From contig CM022677.1 in assembly GCA_012295275.1 (NCBI GenBank), forward strand, positions 7,812,001 through 7,876,000: a stretch of DNA of 64,000 bases, written 5' to 3'. The first letter of the stretch is position 1. Every line of letters begins with the position of its first letter. A model generated the notes under the pieces. The model searched no databases. It was not told the origin of the DNA and saw nothing but the letters and a program-made list of their open reading frames with translations. Positions 53,489-64,000 of this stretch are shown here, piece after piece. This stretch comes from Chrysomallon squamiferum. Lineage: Eukaryota; Animalia; Mollusca. The position numbers and the translations under genes were made by a program.

Positions 53489-56400
53489 CTTGAAATGTTT
53501 TTATTTTATTTTTTGTATTCTTAAATACTTTGGAGTACATGTTTGTAATTTAGTTTTGTAAAATGTTCGTCGTCTGCTTTTTGAAACGTTTCAAGAGCAG
53601 ATAATCGAAAAATGATTATTAAACAATACGATGTAGAATCTTGTCCAAGACTCGAGAGTAATTTTAATTTTTTTGAGAATTTAGCTGAATTTTTATTGAT
53701 CAATCAACAGAGTAATCAGTTATATTTTTCATTTTTCATTTAAATTATTATGTAATTATATTTAGTAGATATGTAAAAGAGACGGACAGGAGGTCTCGGT
53801 GGCCTTGAACAATGTAGACCTTCCGTTGTAATAAACATAGATTACTGGTGACAAATGAAAACAGCTACTGAAATCTCTATGTCTATAGCCCAGTTTGCAT
53901 TCATTATTTCCCATTCTTTTCTAAGGTTGATTTAAAATAATTCGGATAATTACAGATCTATTACATTGCTAAGTTGTCTTGAAGCTTCTTTAAATAACAG
54001 CTAGAGTTGTGTAAACAAATAATAGAATAATTATTGTAATACGTTTTCACATTAAACCGATTTTACGTACAGATATTATGATCATGGTGTTTAAAAATAA
54101 ATCTTGCTTAAAATTGATTCTGTATATATGACTATGCGTGAGCGTGTGCGTGCAAAACATTGACGGTAGTTACAAATATTTATGGGAATTATAGGCCTAA
54201 CGTTGGGATTGATCTTTTCTCAAAATATGTCTAGTCGACATGTTTATATTTCCCGCCGATCTTTCTACGTCACTGGAAATCTTTAGTTGAAAATTATTTC
54301 GTCAGTGGCTAAGAAACGCAATCATTTTGGAAGAAAACGATAGCTTAGTTTAATGGTTTTCATTAAAAGAATTTCATTGTTTTACAAGCAACGAAAAATT
54401 AGGAAGTATTCAACACAATACAAATGAAAGTGAGACTAATTCCTACTAACTCTCGTTAAAATGTAGGTACATGTGTGTGAACGTGGATTTATTTATTTTT
54501 GGTAGTCTTCCAGTTTACATGTACCCTTTTTTCGCAGAGTTTCTACGTGTTTCTGTTTTACTGCTTTTCTGAATTAAACTAATCAAATCTAACAATTTTC
54601 TCAACATTAATATAAACAGTCGAAATCAATCTAGTCAGCCACACGGAACTCTTTGTTTTCTTAAGTACATATCTTTTTCAATTTCCTGTCTGTTGTATTT
54701 ATAACAAAAATAAATGTTAGCTTGTATTTATAACAAAAATAAGTGTGTGTGTGTGTGTGTGTGTGTTTATTTTATTGTTGTTTTTATTTATTTATTTTTT
54801 TATTTTAATTTAAAGCTAGCGAATTAAAATGACAATAGAAAAATTGCTTGATCTGCATCCTGATAAAGATGAGACAAAAATCTTTTTTTTTTTTTTATTT
54901 ATTTTAAATTTCTTTCAAATTTTGAAATGCCGTCAGTGTTTGGCAACAATGGACAAGAAAAACAAAGAGGAATAAAAAGAAGCCCACAAACATAAATTAG
55001 AATAGTGACATAGCTTATGCCAGGATGTAATTTGATATTCAATCTTATCTACAAAGACATATTATTGTCATCTACATCCATTGGTATGAATTATAAAAGG
55101 TTTTATTTATTTATTTATTTATTTATTTTAAACTTTTCTACCTAGTGTTACTACACTTGAAAAAGTTTTATTATGTTCTTTTCTTCATTTGTGCACGATG
55201 CATACGGTTGTCACAGTTTTAAACACACACGCACACACACACACACACATACACACACACACTAATATTAATAATCAAAAGAAATGTTACCACAGTACAG
55301 TCGAAATTTCACAAATATATTAAAACATTTACTTTCATATGTTTTTATTTAACATTTCAGCACGCCAGGAAAAAGACACACGAAAAGATGAATATATCCT
55401 TCATTTGATTAGTTTCTACTTTGTTACTGATAATAGTTGATAGAATGGGGTTCAAACATTGATCCGCACACACACATTTTTGTTTTAAGAGAACATATCG
55501 ATTTATAATTTGTATGTATATTTTGATAAAGGTTATTGTGTTCCTTTATTTATTTTATTTTTTATTTTTATTTTTATTTTTGTTATTGTTATTGTAGCTG
55601 CAGAAACATTCGGGATGATTGCCGGTGTTTAGGGATTTACTGTTTTATTTGATGTTCGAAGAATCTTATACAGAATTGCCACATGATGGCAGCCATCTTA
55701 TTCGAGAACAATAATTATATGTCAGAACTTTTGTAGATAATCAGATATAAATCTTGAAACTAGAAGCCTTCAGCTGTTATTCATTATTACAAAAATATAG
55801 TAAATTACATAGTTTTATACTTTGATTTAAAAGTAACAATGGATTCTCTGAACAGCATCGTGACTGAGAGAACAAGCAGGAATCATCTCCTTTATTGAAG
55901 ACGAAACAACATTTATTTTCCTAAAATCTTGATATTTCCACATTGGTTGATTGATGTATAAGATACAACGTGAACTAAACCTGGACAACTGAAATCTGTC
56001 ATGTTGACTTATGTCTTCAACACAGTGAGATCTCCTAAAAACAGAAAAAAAAAGAAAACATTCTATTATGAAATTAAGTGGAGGCATTGTAACAGTTTAT
56101 GCATCATGCTTAAAAAGTACTGTAGGGCTTTAGAAAGCATCATTTTGATATAAAACATGTGTATACTGGTTTGAAACTGTATGAGATATTCAGTCTTCTG
56201 TTTGCCAAATGACTGAAATGGATCTCTGATTTTCCACAGATTACGAAGGAAAAATACCTGCAAATTTTATTCAGATAATAATAAACATCAATCATATTTT
56301 GTTGTCATTTTAACATACATACCGGTCTAAAAAAGAAAATAAATATTTAATTATCAATACAATCTCAGGTGCAGCTAAAATTAATCCTGTTTTTCTTAGC

Positions 56401-57513
56401 AACAGAGAACTGCTAAGTTGTCTGGAGGGCCTCTTTATTTCTCAATTTAAAAACTGTCGTTCTTGAATGAGATGATATTCATTTAGTTATATGACACATT
56501 TTACGGAAAATTACAGGTATGATTTCACTGTAAACATTCAGAAATATAGATGGAACTTCCGTGTTATAATGTTTTTATAAATAACAGTAACTTTATATGT
56601 GACGTGAAACATTTATCGAGAAATAAAGAGGGCGCATCTAGTGTGACATTTTATAAACACCAGAAACATGTTTCACTGAAAAACACACACAGCAGAACTT
56701 TGTGCAACTAACTTCAGATACCGCTTCGAAGTGTCCGTTTTATTAACGTAACGTGATATTTTACTTTGCTAATTCTAAATCGTATAATAGAAAGGTGTAA
56801 ATTTACTGTACGTGGAACTTTAGTAGTATATACACTACAGGAAATATTGATAACCACAGTTAATCTATTTGTTATTACGACAGTTATAAATGATAATTCT
56901 ACATGGCGTTATGAAAATAAGCGGTTTAATTACCTGTAAAAAGAAAACAAAAAGAGAATTAATTATGAGCAGTGATATTTATAGTTAAGTGTGTTGAGAA
57001 CTGTTAATCTCATATTTATATCAGGTTATACTGAAAAATATCAGAGTTAATTTCTTGGAATCACGATAGCTGAGAACAAGCAAGGTTAAATTTAATTTGT
57101 TCATTACATTCATTAAAAGGTTACATCAGCGCAAGTTGTACAGTGTAATATACTTTACATTGCTAATTATACCTGAAGTTCTCTTATTACATTAGATATT
57201 AATATAACCGCTCCACCAGTAATAATCAATATAACAATGAAGCAGACACCGTAGTTGTCAAAGTCCTCTCTTTGTCAATAGCTAAATAACAACAACAACA
57301 ACAACAGTAATAACACCTTAATATATTTATTTTTAATTTGTTTTAATTTTTCTGTAAAAAATATGTTTAACGCTATTCTCCTAGTTTCATTAGAACTGTT
57401 CTGAGAGCGGATATAAAAATTCCTACGAACTTTTTACTAGGCCGCATAAAGTTATCAGATAAATCAGATTGTTTCTGTCGAGATAAAAACTAAATACTTC
57501 TTTTGTAAAACAG

Positions 57514-57573
<60 letters not shown>

Positions 57574-60500
57574 TGATTTATTTATAATATAATTACATGA
57601 GAAATCGTGAACTTTTCATAAAGCCACATTTAACTAAAGAATATCGCTGTTTACACTGATAATGTTACTCATCGATAACAAAATAAGACGCAAGTTTTAT
57701 AACGTCTGTATTATTTATGAGAAATTAAAATTACATTAATTAGAGATTATCAGTTATATTATTGAATAAACATGGAATTTCATTCTAGATTAACTTACTT
57801 TTCTTAGTGTTTAAAAAAAATCTGATATATTCTTAATTACATAATTTGATAAATTTAAATTTTAGATTAATCATGTAATTTCATGTAGGGAGAGATGTAA
57901 ATTGTGTAATGTTATGTTACTGCGGTCATAAAACAAAGTATCACATTGTGACACTGAAAGGTGCACAGTTAATTTTCAGTAATATCAATACAATAATAAA
58001 TACAGTATTCATCTAGCATTTCACGCGTTTCTGTATAGTCTTATTATTCGTAAAGAAACTTATTATTAATGTTAACACACCCTAATGTTTCAGTATATAA
58101 GAAGGACATTAATTTGGGGGGAAATCATATTAATATTAAAGTTGAAAGAAGATATTTATATTTCGATGCGAAGCGGAGATATTAAGTTTCTATCTTACGT
58201 TAACTTTACAAAATTATTCAACATATGGAATTATCAAAATACAACGATAATGTCGTTTATAATAAAATATTTCCTTTTTCTGAGGCCTAGAATTGTTTTT
58301 GATCAGAGGACTGGTGAGTTCATAACAAACGTTAAACAATTTCGCTTGATCTCAGTTTTGTCGTAAAAACGGCCATAATGTTAGCTGAAGCCGTTTTTCA
58401 GGTTTCTGAATAAAGGCCAAACACTAATTCTAAATGAAAGGGTTCATTTTAATATTATCACCGAAAAATGTATATACGCAATCTGTATTGTGTTGTATGT
58501 GTGTGTGTGTCCATATGCATCTGACTGTATAAAAACGTAAAATTATCCTATTTAAATTTATTTTGTGAATATGAATGTGTAAGAAAAATGCCTTTTGTAA
58601 ACTGCGAATGTGAAAAAAAGGACTCAATATTTTTATTGAAATGTACGCAAACTAATAAAAACATTTTCCTTATATCAATTCAGGTGTTTTGTTTTATGAG
58701 TTACAGTCAGCGATCAAGTGAGTTAAGACAATTTACATTATCCTCACTTGAAGAAATCACAGTTGTTTTCACACGAGTGTTTACAATAATCATGTTCTGT
58801 GAAAAAGGATATATTTTCAGAGATAGGTTTGATGCTGAAGTGTGCACTTGTTTAACCAACACAGCATGTTTTTCTGAGACTACCGAGTTCAATATTAATA
58901 AACTGTAATGAAAATTATAAACAACATTCACACATTTCTTCATTGGAATATTTAGATTCCTGTTACAGAAATGTTTTCAAAGTTTTTGGTAGAGATGTTT
59001 ATTGCAATCGTAACAGTTCATTCAAATTTATCTTAAAAATGCTTTAATAATGAAAAAAAGGCAACAACAGAAAATGAAAACAATTATATTTATTTTAATA
59101 AATATCAACATTAGTAATTATAACATCTAAACAACAAGTGTAAGTTAAATAGATATTTCTCTGTACAGAAGACAGCAGGTACAGATCTAGGGTGTGGTGT
59201 GTTAACATATTTGTGTGATGAGAAAATACCCCAAATGTTCTTTTACACCTCTACCATATAAACACTTTTTTTTCTCTCTTTCTCTCACACACTGCCTGAA
59301 ATAAAAAATAAACAGTTACCAAGTAAAATTTCTCAAACAGATAGTCATAGAATTTTATAGTATTTTAAAAGAATGAGAAAGAGAGAGACAATGAGAAGCC
59401 GGCAAGAAAGATATAATGAGGGGGAGAAAAAATAATAAGGAAGATGATCAAAATAAAATAAAATAGGAGTGAAATATTGAACACACACACACTCACACAC
59501 ACGCACACACACACACACACACACGTGTATACAAACATGGATTTGCACACATTTTTTACCATGCTCTTATTAGCTTCACAAAGTGTACTTACCATTCCAG
59601 TTTTATTTTGTAATTTGACCTTTTTTGTTTTAAACAAAACCCCAACGTGTAGATACAAAAAAATACAAAAATATATATATATTTACAAACTTTCTTTACT
59701 TGAATCAGAAATAAATCTGTTTTAGTTTTACCAATTAATATTATTTATTTATTTATTCATTTGTTTGTTAGTTTGTTATAATCAGTGTAATTCATTATTA
59801 TTATTATGAGCAACTGCTCATGGATAATAACATTTCCAAACATAAGGGAAATAACTCTCTTTAGATAAAACTTCTGGCAAATTAATTTTAAATTGTTAAA
59901 ACATATGAAATAATGAAAGAAAGCAAATTCATTTCCCACCCAAATTAAAAACAAAATCAATAATAATAAACACCCTGAACACAATCTCATACCGGTTTTA
60001 TATTTACCAAGAACAAGTAAAAAAATCAAATTCAACAGCAAAATTGTAAAAAATATAAAAATTAATTAATTAAAAATGGCTACAAAAAACATTATGCTGA
60101 TACTGTCAAATTACATGTGCATTATAAACAAATAACAAAAATAATGTAAAAAGAAACTATAATTTAACTACATTTGTCACTTATTTATTATTATTTTTAT
60201 TTACCTGTTTTAAATTATTACATTGGATACTTAATTACTTTATTTAAAAGGAGCTAGTATCAAAAATTAATCTAGACATCTGTGGCTGTTATTTTTAAAG
60301 TCTGCTGAATAAATTGATTTGATGTTTTATTTGCTGAGTTTATTTTCTATTTTGTGCATACATATGCAGGCCTGCACTCACATACACACACATCCAAGAC
60401 ACAAAACAAACACAGAAAATAACACACATACAAACATTACAATACTCACACAACAGAAAACACACACACACACACACACATATATATACTTAAGCAAAAC

Positions 60501-60703
60501 CCACACATACACACAAACAGACATAGCAATATATATAAACACATACACCAAAACAAACAAACAAATTCAGGCACACATATATGCAGTGACATACCAACAT
60601 ACATACTGACTTACATCCCCACACATACAGTGCAGAACATAAATTTAATAAATAATAACTGATATTATCAAAAAAACTTCTTATAAAAAACACTTCAATG
60701 AAA

Positions 60704-61990
60704 TCAAAGATCTGAGTTCTGCAGAATTAGCTCATGAAGAGCTGAATCTTCAGCCTGTCTCACTTTCATCCTCTTCTCCACTTCTTGTCTGAGAAAAACA
60801 TTTCAGTATTTAATATTAATGTAATTAGGTATTGGTTTGTATAGTTTGTATTGTTGTATATTTACCTTTGTCACCCAGTAGCTGATATATTTTTCATGCT
60901 GGGGTGTCCTTAAACATTCATTAATTCATTTGTATAGTTTGTAAAAACAATGGCTATCAAAAATCTCACAGTTATTTAAAGATAAGCATTAATTCCTGCC
61001 CATTTCACAAAAAGAACTGACATAATTTTATAAGCAGATGATACCAATATATATAATTACAAATAAAAATATTCTTTTTAAATTTTAAAATTTGTTTGAT
61101 GAATTACTATTAATTGTTTTTACATTTTTTTTTTATATGCGTTCCGTCAATCAAAGTGAAAACCAACTACTTTGTTAAATCAGATGTACAGCAGACACAC
61201 TGGGTATCATAATTATGCATATACATTTTATGAACAGGGAAAGAAAGTGAAAGGAACAAAGAAAGTGAAAGAGAAAATCAGAGATGCAAGGAGAGAATTA
61301 GAGATAATGAGAGAGAAATAAAAAGACTATGACATCATCACTATACCTGACTTCTGTCTCCAGTTCTGTACTTTTAACATCATCAGCTGTCATCTTAATT
61401 CTTGACACTATGAATGGCTGTCCAAATATCTCATAAACATAATAATCATTGTTAGTATTAAAGAACAAGGTTGCAGTTGTGATAAATATTTACAGCACAA
61501 ACTTACAGCAAAACAGATAGATATTTACAGATTATATGATTAGACATACATACAGATAGCCACATAGGTACATATATAGACAGACAAACAGACTAATTTA
61601 CATTAGACAGATAGACAAATATAAAACAAAAGAATACATAGATACATAGATATACTTATTTAGAAAGTAAAAGTATTTAGAGACTGGTAGACATTGGGTA
61701 GATAGGTAGGTTGATGATGTAGACAACCAGACATACAGACAGACAGATTATTGTAGACTTACACTGGTAAATAAATAGTTAATAACTAGGCAGATGTAAC
61801 ACACACACTACATTAATAACTATTTTCTCATTCTTTTATTTATACATAGATTGTATTCAAACAAAATACTTTTGTAAGTATGTGTGTGTATTTGTTATAA
61901 TAAAATAAAGTTAATAAAAATAATGTAGTTATACTAATACCTTTTTAAAACTATTTATCCAAATTTTACACATGCACATACATGTGTGTT

Positions 61991-62026
<36 letters not shown>

Positions 62027-62217
62027 TATATATAAACAAAACATTTCATACACAGAATACAGAACATACATATACTTTGTGTATTACCTGAAGCCAGGTA
62101 GGTACTTCTCCATCTTCTCCCCAGTAAAGTGTTCCATTCATCAACAGACAGAATACAGTCCTTAGAGTCTAGAAATTTAAAATACTTTCATCACTTTCTG
62201 TTCTCTTCTATATTATT

Positions 62218-62307
<90 letters not shown>

Positions 62308-62485
62308 ATGGAGATGAACATACTGAATTATCAAGTGGGAAAGACAAGATATAAATATTCATAAATAAAGAGAATGTGATGTTTATTAATACAGATAGAT
62401 ACATAGAAAGATAGACAGATAGCTGTGAACTGTTATTACTACACTATTACATACTATATAATAACTCACAATGACCTTTCAACAT
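60704..62485 (-). CDS. Putative 4-exon 80-aa ORF (or pseudogene) with an HMG-box-like NxLLGRRW motif
   Basis: Exons 62485-62470, 62168-62088, 61407-61347 and 60788-60704, all GT-AG, phases 1/1/2. Product MLKGHYSKDCILSVDEWNTLLGRRWRSTYLASVSRIKMTADDVKSTELETEVRQEVEKRMKVRQAEDSALHELILQNSDL*. The exon-3 acceptor was chosen among alternatives. Confidence 0.35.
60851..60928 (+). mobile_element. 5'-truncated SINE-like retroposon end with (TTCA)n-type tail
   Basis: 15-bp TSD TTTGTATAGTTTGTA at 60836-60850 and 60929-60943. Body ...TGCTGGGGTGTCCTTAAACATTCATTAATTCA. Confidence 0.65.
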
Positions 62486-63109
62486 GGCTGCAGTGTCAGA
62501 AGTTGACTGTTTCCTTTATCTGCGAGAATGGCTAGACAGCACATCATATTACCCAGCATTCCTAGAGGGAGATAAACAAACAAATAAATGATATGACAAA
62601 TTTCAATAAATAAGAACCATATAAATGTTAAAATAAAAAATAACTATAACTGTTTACCAGGATGTCCTCCAAGTGCTGTCAGTTTAATCAGAAAGATAAT
62701 GAGTTTCCACCAGTATTCAGGCTCTTTAACTCAGAGTTGTGTCCCTTGGTGGTACAGACAAAGACTAAGTGCACCGTCAGTTTCAATCTTAAATTTAAAT
62801 AAAACAGGCCTGAGTATTCTGTACAAAACATTTAAACATATAAACTGATAACCAAATACACATACTATTATCTTAATAGTAGCAATTATAACTATTGCTG
62901 ATACACACATGCACTCACTCATACACACACACATGGTTCTATCCCATCTTGTGGAAGTCATAAATAAATCACTAATCCCATTCACTGTACTCAAATAAGA
63001 CAGTGGACTAGGCCACAGGGTTGAGTGTCGTCCCATCCTGTCAAATCCCATGTACCGGCCACAGAGGAGTAACAAAACAAGTTGAATTTGCTTATTTGTG
63101 TATTTAATA

Positions 63110-63270
63110 TTCAAGCACTATATTCAGAGATAGTATTATTCAAAGTTCAAGCACTATATTCAGAGATAGTATTATTCAAAGTTCAAGCACTATATTCAGA
63201 GATAGTATTATCCAAAGTTCAAGCACTATATTCAGAGATAGTATTATTCAAAGTTCAAGCATTAAATTCA
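63110..63270. repeat. 36-bp tandem repeat, ~4.4 copies
   Basis: TTCAAGCACTATATTCAGAGATAGTATTATTCAAAG; explains the QALYSEIVLFKV repeats of ORF 63082..63297. Confidence 0.95.
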
Positions 63271-63309
63271 GGGATACCTTGTTCAGATACACTATGATCA
63301 ACTCAGTTA

Positions 63310-63700
63310 CAACTGCACAATGTAAAACTGGTTCCACAAACCAGGCCCAAGAGGAGAATGTCCCGTCCATGTAGATTGTCTCAGCTGTCTGTAGATCTCT
63401 TAGCTGATCATCAGTTGAGAACTCCAACATTTTGTCAGCATCTCCATCTGAGAACAAGAGGAAGCATCTTGTGTTTGTGTCCAGGGTGCTTCTCTGGAGG
63501 CTGGGAGGATGGGGATGGGGGTTTTATGATGATGGTACAAGGTGCTCTTCACATTGTGGAAGGTAGGCAAGGCAGGAACGTTGTTGTCATCGTGGTGGAC
63601 AATCTCATCATTGTAGATCTGTTGTGTGATTTCATCTCTCGCCTGCTTGTGCATGTGCTCATGAAATGAATGGCAGTCTGGTTATCAGGTGGGTGATTAA
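63310..63700 (-). mobile_element. Mutator (FLYWCH-MULE) transposase fragment, frameshifted
   Basis: NHPPD (end of FLYWCH) near 63685-63698, QIYNDE, LPTFHNVKSTLY....P.LP, then FSTDDQLRDLQTAETIYMDGTFS, the MULE first catalytic-D motif. Confidence 0.85.
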
Positions 63701-64000
63701 AAAACATAAAACAAGACATGGGGTGGGTCAGGTTGTTATTTCTGTATTAATTATGACAAAATCGGACGACACCACACACACAAACACACTATTAGCTGAG
63801 CAGCAATTATCACTACTGCTGATACACACACTCACTCACTTACTCACTCACACACACAATCACACATTAGCTGAGTAGCAATTATCACTACTGGTGATAC
63901 ACACACACTATAAAGGATTTCTTGTAAATTTCTCTGGGGCCAGTATGCCAGACTTGCAACAGAACTTTGATTTGATTCATCTTGATAAAAATGAAAAAAA

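Noticed and set aside
53180-53540. ORFs spanning the N run
   Set aside because: Artefacts of the assembly gap.
53880-56965. Post-gap duplicate of 12-16 kb as an uncollapsed haplotype
   Set aside because: Many substitutions, large indels and mixed orientation suggest an older paralog, though read depth is needed to exclude it fully.
61400-61440. Minus-strand IFGQPFIVS resembling USP4/11/15 FGQPF
   Set aside because: A five-residue match only; no USP Cys/His boxes nearby, and it needs a weak GAG acceptor.

Overview
AT-rich, microsatellite-rich eukaryotic (animal, probably mollusc-like invertebrate; inferred, not proven) genomic DNA with one 200-N assembly gap (53289-53488). No intact, recognisable protein-coding gene, rRNA, tRNA or CRISPR array was found. 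The window consists of: (i) decayed transposases (two hAT/ZNF862-like remnants, one FLYWCH-MULE remnant, one 5'-truncated I-clade-like LINE RT); (ii) two hAT-type MITEs with TIRs and 8-bp TSDs and a short retroposon with a 15-bp TSD; (iii) a three-copy mosaic segmental duplication (~1.2-10.1 kb, ~20.0-33.1 kb, ~45.8-49.2 kb) carrying decayed exon-like pieces; (iv) a thrombospondin type-1 (TSP1) repeat pseudogene whose last exon runs directly into a ~39-copy 46-bp minisatellite; (v) a compound non-coding module at ~30.3-33.0 kb with arrays of a GAGTTATCTCCCTT motif, inverted flanking units, alternative GC-rich hairpins and a G-quadruplex motif; (vi) a phase-consistent 4-exon minus-strand ORF with an HMG-box-like motif. 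I see no clear novel protein system. The most unusual structures are (iv) and (v). All family calls come from motif recognition by eye, and identity estimates are qualitative.
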